64,000 bases of DNA from Takakia lepidozioides (taxonomy: Eukaryota > Plantae > Bryophyta): contig CM060731.1 in assembly GCA_030704615.1 (NCBI GenBank), positions 41,044,001-41,108,000 of the forward strand. Reading direction: 5' to 3'. This document shows positions 1 to 13,252 of the stretch, piece after piece (position 1 is the stretch's first letter; each line of letters begins with the position of its first letter). Below the pieces are notes generated by a model. It was not told the origin of the DNA and made no database searches. It saw nothing but the letters and a program-made list of their open reading frames with translations. Position numbers and translations under genes: made by a program.

Positions 1-1022
1 TGCAACTGATTGTGCACATTAAAGGCTTTTCTATGGATATAGTCACAGCACATCAGAGGGTTCTTCAAAAATTCCAGCTTAGCGTACCTCTCTCTTGAGG
101 AAAGTCGTAAATCTTTGCTCAGAGATAGCTACTCTGGAGTTATGGCAGACAGAAGTATTGACAGTCCTTGAGATTGTGCAACTAGCAAATTCTGGGGGTA
201 CTGACCAATTTCTATCCTTGTGGAATTTTCTTCGATGTGTGATTTGTTTCTTTGAATTCTTGAGTTTATCATCTTCCTGAATAGGTTCTTGGACCCTCGC
301 TATCATGTGTTTTACATGGAATACTTGTGATTCAACAGAGGTTCTCCTGGTGATTGAGTTTATATCCATTACCATTCAAGTTTCTTGTTCTGGCAATAGA
401 CATGTATGTTCAAAATGGGGCTTCTTGTCTTGAGATTGCTGGGGTGTGATCATTTTCTTTAAATTCGTTTCTACTGCTCTAAAGGGATCACATGACCTTG
501 TCGATTTCCTTGTAACTAAATATCAGATATACCATTTGTGGTGGATGATTGGGGTGAACCTGATCCGTTGCTGGTTCCTGTAACTGCAGGTCGCTAAAGC
601 TAGGCATACTTCCTCGGCAGAACAGATTGCCAGGTTTGGAAACTCCAAGACTTTTCATAGGAAAGCTCCGTGACAGCCCTCCAAGATCGGGTGTCACACC
701 TGACAAGGTCGTGACCTTGAGATCTACCAGCCATGACTGCGATCCGCTGACCAAAACCTGCCTTGAGTCACTCTCTTCAGACCATGGCGTTGCTGGGTGT
801 GTTACCTCACTAATACTCTTTCTGTTACCTGTAACCCGAAAGACAACACATGTTTTTCAGCTTGGATTACTCGTATCTACTTATGCAGTCTAAAAATGTA
901 ACTAGGCATTTTCTTGAAATGTTATTCTGCTCTCACATCTCTGAAGGCTTTATGTTCGTTTTCAGCGTGGAACTTTTGAAACTATGGTTATTCTAAGTTG
1001 TAAGGTGTGCATGGGCATGCAG

Positions 1023-4000
1023 GGCCATGCTGAAGACGCTCCATGTCTTCAACATGGATCACATGGACAGCAAGTACCTTTGCCGTGCCATTGCAGCCTG
1101 CCCTTCTTTGACAGACCTGGAGGTTGTGGGCCTGTAAGCTCCTTCACTTTCTCTATCCTCAGGCCAAGGGAAATAAGTTATTCTAGGTGCCAATATTTCC
1201 TTCTCTTGGTAAGTGTACTCATCATTTAATTGTATGAAAAGGGAAGCAATAAGCAAGGACTTTTTTGGTGCATTGCAACAGATACATCAGTATCAGGTCA
1301 CTGATGGAGTGCCTAGGAACCTATTGCCCTAAGCTGGAGCGTCTGTGTTGCCAACCAGGAAAGTCGAGTGGCTTGGGTGGCTGGGGCTCAAGTAAGCAAC
1401 CCATATACATGTGGCAATTGACCCCGCACTCAGTTTGAGCGGAAGAGAGAGAGAGATTGTACTCATAAGACGTTGTTTGCCGTAGCCTTGTGGCCCGGAA
1501 GAGAGAGAGAGAGAGAGAGCGCTTAATGTCCTTTACCTGCGAACATTCCTTGTGTGTAGCCCTGCTGGATATCAACTGTTCCAGAGCCATTTTGGGCTCT
1601 AACCTCCCAGGGCATGGAGAAAGTTGCCATACATGCCATAGTTCTTGCACACAGCCGGCGACAATCTGATACGGGGTATGTAGTATCTGTGGTGAATAGT
1701 GAGTTTGAGCTAGCTGGAAATTGATGTGACAAGTATGACCATGTGAACTGATACTCTCGGTTATACTGTCAAGGACAAGGCAGAGAAAGGGGGACTCTCA
1801 CTCCATGATATATGTCTCACCAGGTTCACCGGAAAGCGTAAAGGGGGGGGCATGCAATCATCTTGTGAAGGGGTGTCCAGGCATTTCTTGTCTAGCTCTT
1901 CGCAACTACTTGATAGCAGATCATAGAGCAAATATACTTTTGAAGGTACGTCATGAACAATGTGTTGTGTTTTATTTGTAATCCTCAACCCACGCCCAAT
2001 TGTTTTTGAGCTTTCATGGTTGTCTCCCTCCAGATGCCCGTAGGGTGGTAGAGTGTATATAGGCCTTGATGATGTCAGGCCTTCACTTGTTCTCTGTACA
2101 GGGACTGCCCAAGCTGACTCTTATCGATTTCTCTGGAGCAAACAAACTCACTGGTGTCTTCCTCAGGTGCATGCTCGTCTTTATACTTTTTGTCAGTACT
2201 TCCAATGCACCTTACTCTTTTCAAGTTGACAGGAACTCATTGTGTGGTGTACTGTCCAGAACCTTATGTCTATGTTGTATTGGCAGGGGTATTGTGGGGC
2301 GGGGGGAGCAGGGGTCTTTCTTGGAGACTCTGCTGTTGCGTGACTGTGTGCGGTTGAGAGAGGTATGAGTATTGGATGGCCCAAGTACACAAGTGTATGG
2401 AAGGTTGTAGAGATGCAGTAACCTTATCAAGCAGATGCATGAGTCTTGGTTGTGGAATACTATGTGCGCGCTCGAGGGATACAATTTTTTTTCCCCTTTG
2501 TGGGAATGTAGCATCAGAGGATAGACTGTACACTTGTAAACATATTGATCAGTTCAGTAAGATTCAATGCCAATCTTCCATGTTGCTAGTGTACATCAGT
2601 GGAAGCTTTCCCCTGAAATGATCAAGTCAGTAGATGGTTAGGTGATTTCTTCCACTGCCACATTGCAAGAAGAACGATGCAACCAATTTTGTATTGCTCA
2701 ATTAAGGGTTGGTGACCTCACTCATCATCCTCACATAAAGCTCTTTCTGGTATTAGTGGCCGCCTGCCGCCTACTCCAATGCAAGGGACTGCAGTTTCAG
2801 GAGCTCAATATATGCATATGGTGAAATATAGGCCTTTCCTTAAAGATGTACTTGGGCTGTGTAAGGGTAGGTTGAGGTGGAGCGATTCATGTGCATGCTG
2901 ATCACAGGTGAATGCAAGAATTTACGCCATCTTGTACGTGACTTGCCTTCTTTGTTTTTTCTGTGGTGCTTTGACATGCTCATAATATCTGCAGTTTTAT
3001 TCTTGATTCGGGCTATACGTTCTTTTCAAGCATGTTTAGCTCATTATTCATTGACTACAGAGTGTCTAGAACAAGCTTGTAGACAGGAAGTCAGATGTGA
3101 GAAAGTGGTTGAAGGCTGAGTGTCATTGCAGGATGTATCAAATAAGGATGGGCTCGCCGGGCGAGATTGGTTTGACAGACGGCTTAGTCCAAGGTACCAG
3201 AAACATACTTGCTGCTTGTTATAAGTCTGGAGGTTGCTAACCTGAAACTGAACATCGTACTGTTATACACTTAAGTAGAATGTAGGAATCTGTGTATGTT
3301 GGATGCACTGATCAGAGAGGGAAAAGGTGAGGGAAAGCAGAGGGATACAAGAATGGGTTGGGCAAGAGGAAGACTAATAAAAGTCAGGATTTCTGGATCA
3401 AATACCTTACATTCAATTTCTCTTCATTTGCGATTATTGATATAACTATGAATACCTGGATTCGTTTCTTTAAATGATTTTTTCAATTGGTTGAGACATG
3501 TGAGGGATGTAATTGGGGTGGGGAATGTAGTACGGAGCAGGCCATTCTGCGGGTGCGTCAAGAAAGGCCAGAGCTGTGTCTTCTTGACGACTTTCCTGAC
3601 CAGAAAAGGTTTGCACTAATTCTTTTGTTTGACAGAGCATAACTATGGTAGAAGATGGAATATCCCAGAGGGAACCAGTGATGGATTAGGGAACATGTAC
3701 ACTCCATATCTTTGTGATGGATGTGGGAGTGTCTTTGGTAAATATGGTCATGTGTCCATCCTTGTCTGATATACATGGCAGATAGGCTTTTGTCATAGGA
3801 CTTACATGCTTTGTACACGAGGAATGATGTTAGGTTGGGAATTCCCCTTCGAAGTCTTGGGAGAAGTTCCTCACTCGATTCCTAACTTCCCAGTGGGGTT
3901 TGGGGAACACTCTCGGAAGTACCACACCCCAATAGGTGTGACCCAGAGTATGCTGGAGAATTGGAAAGGGTCATCATCATCTAGTTGACCACTGGTTTCC

Positions 4001-4875
4001 AGTAGATCCAATAAGATCTCGAACTCTTCTAGTGTCAAAGAGTGCTTTTTGTTTGTTTGGTTGGTGAATAGGCCGATGGAAATGATAATGGTTGATAATG
4101 GTTGCTTCAAGCTGAATTATATATCGTTTCAACCTCAGTTAGTTTCCTTTAGTTAACCCCACAATCGAGACCATTATTATATAGCTATATGGATGACTTT
4201 CCCCTATATTTTTTCTTCATTGGATCATGTTGTCCAAATAATAGACCAGCTGGCACTTCTATTCGTGTGGTCAGGGTGCAGGAAGCCACTACAGCTACCT
4301 ATCGTCCTTTCGGTTCTCTCTTGAGAGGTTTGCCATATTCAAGTGGGTAGTTGTGCCCTGCAGCTATGGTTGTTGACCTTTGATGAGCTAGACATTTAGA
4401 TGAAGTGGTCTCTTCTCACAGTGGAGGAAAAAATCTGACAAAATTCAAGTTCTTAATGAATATATGCCCATGTGAGGATGGTTGCTGATGGGGAAGAATG
4501 ATGGTGGGCAGCAGCAGTGACAGTGATTCGCTGAATTCCAGCTTTGATGACAGCGACGACAGTGGGCCGGCCCGGATCAACTCCTCAGACTATCTGTCCA
4601 GTACCAGTATGAGCGACAGTACTGATGATGATGAAGATGACAACGACTCTGATAGTGGGTTTTCTTGCCATGAGGAGGTTCTGGCTTATCAAGGGGAGAA
4701 AGCAGATAGCGACATGAGTCTGCTTAGCAAACACAGTGACGGCCTTGAGGACCTTGATGTATTCTCAGACAGGGAGCAAGCAGATAGCGACATGAGTCTG
4801 CTTAGCAATCACAGTCTTGAGGACCTTGATGTATTCTTAGACAACGAATCTGGGCATGACCTGACTGTTGATTAG
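1023..4875 (+). CDS. F-box/LRR protein, SKIP17/At4g00755-like (5' part upstream of the exons identified here)
   Basis: Phase-consistent GT-AG exons: 1023-1133, 1282-1391, 1824-1945, 2102-2166, 2287-2362, 2871-2933, 3132-3193, 3531-3608, 4512-4875. They give LKTLHVFNMDHMD..ACPSLTDLEVVGL / LVKGCPGISCLALRNY / LETLLLRDCVRLREVEVERF..KNLRHLDVSNKDGLAGRDWFDR / ERPELCLLDDFP and an acidic tail, matching my recollection of the SKIP17 family. Confidence 0.8.
1410..1520 (-). mobile_element. Rearranged 3'-end remnant of the RTEX-like LINE family, intronic, with (GA)n tracts
   Basis: GAGATTGTACTCATAAGACGTTGTTTGCCGTAGCCTTGTGGCC is identical to ~8670-8712; TTGACCCCGCACTCAGTTTGAGCGG matches ~8714-8738. Confidence 0.8.
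4701..4845 (+). repeat. 78-bp in-frame tandem duplication in the acidic F-box tail (ADSDMSLLSxHS..LEDLDVF x2)
   Basis: AGCAGATAGCGACATGAGTCTGCTTAGCAA repeated at ~4701 and ~4779. Confidence 0.85.
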
Positions 4876-5477
4876 GACACTTTTGGGGCTTGCCTCATCA
4901 GTTTCCCAATCGGGCATGAGAATATTATGCTCGATATAGACTCGGGCATATCCCCTCCTCATCCCGGATTCCAGTTGGTCACATTGAGAGCATAGCTTGT
5001 CCACCAAGGCTGTGTATACTACTGGTGTCTGAATCGAGATGCCTGCCTTTCTTCCCCCTCCTTTTTGATCGGCCATTAATCAAAGTCTTGCTGGGGCGGG
5101 TTGGTTTGTAGTGTTACTATCGGATTTGGATCCTCTCATGGAGGGGCACAGTTTTGTGCCATTTGAAAGCATTCTCTGCGGGAATCGTGTACCTCCTGCA
5201 AAATTCAAGCTACCGAGTCTTCCACAATCGAGAGAGCTTCAGCTGTGTAGTGCATTCATATCTCCCTTTGACTTGATTACATGGCACTGTAATCTTAACA
5301 AGGAACCAGAAACATTGGAGGGTCTTTGGAATGTATGATATATTGCAACGGTCTTTATGGCTGTTGCCTACATGGACGGAGCCGTCATCATTCATCATTT
5401 ATTCATTCCTGCTATTACATCCACGGACGTAGTTCGTGAGTAAAGGGTGACCCGGCGGCAGCAGCTAGACCACATAA

Positions 5478-5542
5478 AACCCTAAACCCCTACATGTTTC
5501 CGGTATGGAGTGAAATACCGTCCCACGAAACGCCGGGCCCAT
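5478..5542. promoter_or_regulatory. Telo-box (AAACCCTAA) and site II-like (GGGCCCAT) motifs upstream of SSB
   Basis: AAACCCTAA at 5478-5486 and GGGCCCAT at 5535-5542; this pairing is typical of plant promoters of organellar and proliferation genes. Confidence 0.5.
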
Positions 5543-5810
5543 CCCTCAGGGTGGAGCCCGGTGTTTCGTCGACGGATGATTCAGTGGCGTCGACGACAGC
5601 CCGGTGAATCCGAGGGTCCGCCCTACGGAATCGCTGGCGGGTTCGAGGCTCACCCGGCTGTGGTTGTCTCTCTCCCGAGAAGGCGGCCAGACTGCGTGCG
5701 AGAAGCAATGCAGATGGCACAAAGGATTTGAGAGTGTGTCTGTGGGACAGAGATAGTGAGAGATCTGCGGGGGAAGATTGAAGAGTGTGGGAGAAGGAGT
5801 GTTGGCAGAT

Positions 5811-8800
5811 ATGGCTTCGCCTGCCTTGCAGCTGTCCCGTGGTCTGGCCAGGAAGCTGTTCTCATTTGGCGCTGAAGGTAGTCATGGGCCCCATTTGCAA
5901 GCTGATTCCTATGGCGCAGTTGCCTTTCTGTTTCCATCTGCTTTCCCGGGCTGTGCATTTTCGCACAGCTCGTGATTTTTGGAGTTTTGACTACGTAATC
6001 CATTGAACTCCTGGCTTATGTTCCATAACTGTCCCCTTGTTTGCGAAATGTTTCGCGCTTCGTCTAATTTGTGTTTGTCAAAGCACATTTTCCGTCACCC
6101 ATATTGCCCATACAGAAATTTAAAATTTCGAGGAGTAAAGTCATATTAATATGCTTTAGCCTTCAAGCATGACTAATGTGAATTCGGGTTGGTGTTACTG
6201 CTCCAATTCGGGGACCCATGATGCAAATGGCAGTCACTCCGGACGCTAAGAAGCTGAATGCTGATATTCTGGCGATTGTAAATGTCACACCCCGTAAAGG
6301 AAGGAGATTCGATGCTCTCAGTAGCGGTTGGATGTAGTTGTTACCTGAAGAAGGCTCAAGTTACATACCATGGCTAAAAGTAGCAACGAAAAGATACTTA
6401 ACACGCTAGACTGCTTAAAAATCTGAGATTACGTCCTTCCCGGTCTTCTTGCTTCAGTCTTTGCATTTCACTGAATTATGGTCATAGCCACTGAGAGGCA
6501 GCTGCTGTTCTTCCAGGTTTTCAGGCTATCTGAGGCTTCATGTCCCAACATTTTTGTAACATTTGATTTGAAAACATCTGTTTCTACGGTAAAGCGGTCA
6601 GGGTTCCTTAACTGGATGTCAATCTGTGGAAGACTGGAGTAGGTTTCTCCCCTACTTTGAGGATCTCATGGGATTAGATAGACTTCGAGGTCTTCTTAGC
6701 GTGACATTGTCTCCAACAACATTCTAATTGCATTTCCACTGGATGACATTTGAAGTCATTTGACATTGAAGGCACTTCTTGCAGGGGGTGTGCGGACAGT
6801 AGGGTGCTCTTCAGCAAAGTGCTGTGCCTTCAGCACCCAGGACAATGATGACAGCGGTGTGTTTTCCGAATCCAAGGTCCCAGAGGGGGACAGTCCTGAC
6901 GAAGACACCCATCAGGGTTTGACAGACCCTGCATCTGAATCATTCTTATTTGATCCCCCTCCTTCCTTTCAGACTTTCTCAGACCCTGAGCCTGAATCGG
7001 CCTCGGTTGATTCCCCTCCTTATAATGACCCCCCCAACATGGATGGAGGGCAACCTGATCAGTTACCTTCAGAGTCTCCAAGGGGCTTACCGATAACAGA
7101 TCGACCATTGGCAGAGGGCTATTCTCCACGCACAATTTTCTCTCCTCGTGGTGTTTACAAGGTTTGTTTACTCCGTGTTTTTGAGGAGTGCAGTCTGCCT
7201 CTTGTGCAAAACTGTCATTTGGTCCTTCTAGATTGTTACTTGTGACACTAGCTATGGAATTTTTTGTCTACTTCTGGTGTTAGCAGAAACTGCAAATGCG
7301 GACCTGGTAGAAAATGGTCTCCTGCCTGTTGGAATCATACCAAAGTGTTTGTGTGCACTATTGCCACAATATCTAATTGGTGTGTATTTCTATCGATGCG
7401 CACATTGTAAGTACACACTGATATCTCTCTCTTGCTCACTCATCCCTGCACCTCTGGTCACCAACTTTTAAAATCTCAAGTCTGAGCCTAAAGCCCTACT
7501 CCTGTTGGGGTCTGATTGCTGGGCAGCTCACACACAGCAGATCGATGCTTGTGTGAAGTGCTTTCTAGGGGAGATCTGGAAAGCCTAAACCAATTGTTTA
7601 TATAAAGGTAAGTCCCACTACTGGAGTGAGCCCCTCACAAAGGTAGTTTCTGTTGCCTGTTCCCTCTTGTTCTGCCCAAATTAGGCACAGGGTCTATGAC
7701 CACAAGGCTACGGCAAACTATGTCTCATGAGTACATTCTATCTTTGGCTCGCTCTATCTGTTTGTGTGTAAAACTGTAGTTTTCTTGATTTTAATGCTAA
7801 AACTATGTCCTGGCTGAGTCTGCCCATGTTGACACAGAAACTCACTGTGTCTGCAACTTCAGTCGGCAATTGATGAAGTCAGTGGGGAACAGCCGGTCTC
7901 TCTATCAGGATGTAGTTGGTTTGTCTTGTGGACCCTCTAGTTATGAGATAGCATTCTCTCGTTTCTCGCTTCTTAGGCATGTCTTCCTTCGAAAGGTTGT
8001 CCTAGTGTGTTATTTTTATCTTTGAAAGTACTTCTTTTCCTTGGGATGTGGCTACCTCGTTTAGTTCAGTTAGCTCAGTTCGTTCAGAGTTTGCTAGCAC
8101 TCACATCGATATACTAGCAAAATCAATGTGTTATCACTCAGTGTATTACACTGTATTCCAGTGTTATCAACCAGTGTAGTATTTACACCATGCATGTAAT
8201 TCAGATTCAGCTTCTTTGACTGAGGGCAGCTGGACTGCAAGTCATATGGAACTTCTCATGTGCTGTGTTCAAACAGGCCATACTGCTGGGAGAAGTGGGC
8301 CAACCCCCAGTGCAAAAAATATTGAAGAGTGGGCGGTCAATCACCATCTTCGCTGTAGGTACTGGGGGTATCCACAACAACCGGCGTCCATTTGAAGGGG
8401 AGTCTCCAGAAGAGTTTGCAGAACGGAGCTACACTCAGTGGCATAGAGTGGCAGTTTATCAAGAGAAAGTGGGAGGCCTTGCAATGCGTTCCATGAAGCA
8501 AGGGTGCCTTTCTCTTAGGACCTCCTCACTCTCACTAACATCAAAGAAGCAAATTGAGGAGGAGAGAGAATGTACTCGTAAGACGACGTTTGCGTATCCT
8601 GGTGCCCATAGACCCCACGCCCAGTTTGGGCGGAACAAAAGGGAACAATAGGGGGAGAGAGAGAGGGAAGAGATTGTACTCATAAGACGTTGTTTGCCGT
8701 AGCCTTGTGGCCATTGACCCCGCGCCCAGTTTGAGCGGGAACAAAAGGGACAGAACCTGCCTCTGTCAGGGGCTGACGTTGGTAGTAAGACTTCCATATA

Positions 8801-9984
8801 AAGAATTAATCCGGGTTTTCCAGATATCCTCTAGAAATCCCTTCACACAAGCATCAATCTGCTGTGTGTGATTTGCCCAAAAACTAGGCCTCAGGAGGGC
8901 CTGGGCTTTTGGCTCAGCCTCGAGACTTTCAAAGTTGGTAAACAGGGGTACAGGCACAATTCCCTTAATAGATTTGAAGAGAGCGTCTCTTTGGTGAGAG
9001 AACCCTGGACAGTGTATCAGAAAATGAATACTGTCTTCAGATTGCCCACACAACGGGCAATTGCACTCTCCCTTTCCTCTCTGCTTCTGTTTGCTGTTCA
9101 AAGGTAGGCTTCCTGCCCTGAGTTTAAATTTCAGTCTAGTGCCGAGAGTGGGTAGACCCTTGAGGGAAGAGAGATATAGAGAATGCAGAGGAAGGGTGAA
9201 GGGGCTTCCTGGGATAGCTCTCTCGTGAGTCTGATGTCTTTGGCCATCATTAGTTTGAAGATTTAAGGTGTGATTCAAAGTGCAGGGGTTGCTGCACCCA
9301 TATTATACCATCTTCTGCAGATACGCTGGAAGTAGTCAAGTCATCCTTTTGCAAAAGACAATCGACAGTAACAGACGATCTTACTGTGTGGTTCTGCACA
9401 CCATTCCTTTTTACAGGACGCAGGTGTATGTGGAGGGGAACATTGAGACAAGGATCTACAATGACCCTGCTAGCGGAACAGTCAAGCGGATTCGTGAGAT
9501 TGCCATCCGACAGAATGGTTTGACGTTTGAACCCTTTGTAGGAGCTGTCCTTTGGTGACTTCATTGCCTGTCGATTGGGATTAAACAGGAGTAAAGGAGT
9601 GGTACCCATTGTTGCCCTCCTCTTATTCAACTTAAGCTCTTCCCTCCTTATCTCCTTTTCCTTCCCTCCACTCTCTCTGTTTGGATGAAGAAAGAGATTG
9701 CATGCACCTTCTGCTGACTATGCGGGAGGGGACAACAAAATGCAGGCCGGCTACTATTCATGGACCAGCCAACCACAGCCAGGCCAGAGTTTTCCCCATT
9801 GTTCACAGACCAGCCGACTACAGCCAGGGCAGACTTTGCACAAGACAGAGAGAACACATCAGTGTTTGCACAGGACAGAGAGAACACGTCAGTGTCTGCA
9901 CAGGGCATAGAGGATACATCAGAGGCTGCCCAGAACCAAGAGGAGGCACCTGGCCAACCCATGCGGCCCTTGGACTTCGTTTGA
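5811..9984 (+). CDS. SSB: Organellar (mitochondrial-type) single-stranded DNA-binding protein
   Basis: Exons 5811-5877, 6785-7161, 8277-8503, 9417-9517, 9746-9984 with consistent phases. N-terminal targeting-like peptide, then OB-fold RGVYKAILLGEVGQ..QWHRVAVY..GTQVYVEGNIETRIYND..IREIAIRQNGRLLF. Confidence 0.92.
7400..7755 (+). mobile_element. 5'-truncated degenerate RTEX-like LINE copy in SSB intron 2
   Basis: Translates to IPAPLVTNF*NLKSEPKALLLLGSDCWAAHTQQIDACVKCFLGEIWK, homologous to ORF 8766..9278, followed by the same 3' UTR (CCACAAGGCTACGGCAAAC..TGAGTACA). Confidence 0.85.
8560..8650 (-). mobile_element. Second short 3'-end copy (SINE-like or extremely truncated LINE) of the same family
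   Basis: Diverged duplicate of 8660-8750 with a (CT)n tail on the minus strand. Confidence 0.75.
8655..9200 (-). mobile_element. 5'-truncated non-LTR retrotransposon (RTEX-like ORF2 C-terminus with CCHC finger) in SSB intron 3
   Basis: YL..TRLKFKLRAGSLPLN..CPLCGQSEDSIHFLIHC..QR..IWKTR, short 3' UTR and (CT)n tail. Clade assignment is from motif recall only. Confidence 0.8.
9763..9905 (+). repeat. Short in-frame tandem repeats in the SSB C-terminal tail (DQPTTAR x2; AQDRENTSV x2 plus a partial unit)
   Basis: Visible in ORF 9760..9984; 30-bp unit GCACARGACAGAGAGAACACRTCAGTGTYT. Confidence 0.8.
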
Positions 9985-11529
9985 ATCGGAGATTTCTCAC
10001 AACAGAAGGCAGGTCCTTTCACCCCTGTTCCTTTCAAAGACAAATGAGCAAAGTCAAGAGTTATGGTAGTGCCTTATTCTTCCTCCAGGTTATCGTCCCA
10101 CCATCTGGTTTTGGATATATTTCTATATATATATGTACACTGGGCCTGAATCTACAAAACTGGTCCTGGGGCTGCGTGATAAACTGGTTGGAGCGAGTTA
10201 TGTTTCTTCTGAAGTACTGGAGCTTATCAGGTCTAGTAATGCTTCTAGTGCACTTTGCTTAGAGCAGCCACAGAACAAAGGGAACGCAACTGAAAATTCG
10301 ACATAGTGATGATGATCACATTGAGGTCTAGGTGAAAAAGTGTTAACTGTTAACTGGCAAATTAGCTCAGATTTCCAGTTTCCTCAGTTTCCGGCTGCCT
10401 CTGAACGAGTCTTAGAACTGAATTAACCAGAATCGTTGTATGTTCTTTGCTCGTGGCTGCTGCACTTTGAAGATGTGCATCTTCATCAACATTTCCATGC
10501 CATTGACAATCTCCATCAACCTCTCGTGAGTTTATGCCTCAGGGGATGAGGGGATAGAAAGACTTTTTGGTTCTCTTACTGCAATCATAGCAGGGATGTC
10601 TGTCTTCTGAAGGCCGACTGACACATCTTTGAAGGTAAACAGCTATCCGCAAGTGTACATTTTTCACCTCACAGGTGGCACGCCTGTGCGCACTCTTTGT
10701 ATGGCCAATGAACAATTGAGGTCACTTTGTCGCCTGATAATTTTTGAAAAAATCATTCGGTAATCTCTACACATTTGCTTTGAATGATCAAAGTTCTTGC
10801 AAATTTCTCCCTCAAGTTTACCTCACTGGCAGATTTGGACATGAGCTCCCCTTTCATCTGACCCACCTCCAGAACTCAGATATCGCAAAGGCAAAGGAGA
10901 AACTTTCAGCTCTTTTTTTTTCGGTCTTTTGCTGTTCTCTTTTAAAACAGGGGACAGAGGACTTAAGAATGCCTTAAAACGGGAAAAGATACAAATGGTG
11001 AAAAAAATAACCACCGGAGAGCCGGAAAGGCAAAAACACAGGGGGAAACCCCCAGAACCAGGAAGACAATGGGGTGAAAAATAGGAAAGCAGCCATCAGA
11101 ATCTAGAAAGAATGTTGAAGAAGAGAACCAGCGAAGGCACAGAAAGAGGCCAAAGCTGAAGAGAAAGTAGAACTAGGCACCACAACCGAAGTCTAAGTGT
11201 GCCCTGGATTTAAAGAAGCTGAGCTTGTGGTGACGCCAGTTGACCTCTGGGTCAACATACTCCACAGAGGACTTGCCAGGACAAGCGCAGGTTTGTATTC
11301 CACGAGGTGGTCTAGGCAAACGTGCGGGTGCAGAGGACACCGTTCTTGCCCAAGGAGTTGTCCAAAGCCGAAAAACATTGCCTTCTTTGCCTTTCTCCAC
11401 ATCGAGACACCGTTGAAAGCAAAGAATGCCAAGCCTTACCATATTAGTACGCCCCTCAGTCATCATATCCGAGTGAATTCTGTAGAGAATCATTCTAATA
11501 ATGGGGGCCTCGCTAAAAGCACATCTTGA

Positions 11530-12355
11530 TTTCCAAGAAATATTTTGAGCTAGCACTGCTCCCAACGCCTCCCCTAAAGCATCATTGTGTACATGAAATG
11601 CCACATGCCAATGTGGATTAATCAATACTGGTGTAGTTGTTACTGCAGCGCTAGAGCTTCAAATGCCTGCTAACACCTAGGTGTCTAATCAAAGATAGCA
11701 TCTTTCTTCAGTAGTTCTTTCTTCAGTAGTTTACTCATATGTGCTGCTAACTGTGCATAACCCCTGATAAACCTTCTGTAATAGCTTGCGTGCCCAAGGA
11801 ATCTTTTGCCCTTGGCATTAATTGGTGTTGGTGCCGCTCTTATAGCTTCTGTCTTCTTGGTATCTACAAGCAGTCCCTTCTAACATACAATATGCCCCAG
11901 AAGTACTCCTGAGCTCATACAAGAAGTGCACGTTTTTCTGGATTCAATCCAAGGCCCCTCATCCTGCACCTTGCCAAGCAAAGCTCCAACTTCTGCAAAT
12001 GCTCATTTAGGCTTAGAGCTGTAGACACTGAAATCATCTAGAAATACTTGCATAAAATCATCCAAGCATTCTTGGAATGACTCACTGATTGCTCTCTGAA
12101 ATGTGGCTCGAGCATTACAAAGTCCAAATGGCATGACCCTATAAGCATATGCTCCTCAATATGTGATAAAAGCAATTTTGCTTTGATCTTCTTCTGCCAC
12201 TTGCACCTAATTGTAACCACTAAGCCATCCATGAATGAATACATTTCATGGCCTACTACAGTATGCAGTACTGCCTTTGTGAACGACAATGGAAAAGGAT
12301 CCTTCTTGGTGCATGCATTCAACCTTTTATAAATGACACAAACTCTCAGTTCCAG
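11530..12355 (-). mobile_element. Degenerate Ty3/Gypsy RT-RNase H fragment
   Basis: LRVCVIYKRLNACTKKDPFPL..GHEMYSFMDG and FHVHNDALGEALGAVLAQ, with frameshifts. Confidence 0.85.
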
Positions 12356-13218
12356 GCGCATCCCTGGGTCAGATTTCAGAGGACACCATACAGTGTTGGG
12401 AATATGTTGGAAGAGCTCAAGGCTGTTGAAGAAGAACACAGAGATGAGGTGAGCTCAAAAATATCAACAGAGTGGTGAAGGAAGTCGATGAGCAGCTGAA
12501 GAAATTAGTCGAAGAACGCGTGATGCAAATTGACGGACGCATCAAGGAACTGAATAGACTGGCGATGGAAGTGAAGGCATTGCTCTTGTTATTGAAGCAG
12601 CAGCGTTCACTTGCAGCAGAGAAGGAAATGAGGGGAGCACCAGTTGGGTTGTTGCTTCAGATATATTTTATAGAGTGAAGCAATAAATTACTCGCTCAAC
12701 ATATTATTTTTTTCCTCTTAAAAAGTGACAATTCACTCAGTCATCCCAGGTTAAAATTTCGCCCATCCCCATCTATGCTTTTCGGATACTGCACTCACAG
12801 CAGCGCAAGAAATTGTTATGGCAAAGGAAGTCTATCCAACTCAATGAATTACACTAGAAGGGGTTTACAAAGGAAAGGGTAGCCATACAATGGGTTCTTA
12901 TGTCAAACCCATTCTTGGATGATGTCAAGAATGGGAATGGGTTCACATGCGAAATTACCCTTAGTGAATTTGGCGTCCCTTAGCAAGATGCTCTAGTTGA
13001 TAGTGTATGCAGTAGACAACTAATTGCTTGTCTTTTTTGCGATCCTGAAATACAAATCTCTCAATTTGTGGATTCACAAATCGAACCTTGGAAAAAATGC
13101 CTACCTACCATATGCACCAGTGCAAAAACAGAAATGATTAAAAAGGCTTATGATATGTTATTGGAGTGAAAAACATCCCTCTTATCCATATTGAATATCT
13201 TGGGCTTCATCCCCTTCA

Positions 13219-13252
13219 TATATATATATATATATATCTTGCATTGTGTCCC

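Noticed and set aside
1-900. Possible retroelement remnant or upstream F-box exons
   Set aside because: No recognisable motif or convincing exon.
3640-4200. Minus-strand ORF fragments inside the F-box intron
   Set aside because: No recognisable domain; possibly an old insertion but unsupported.
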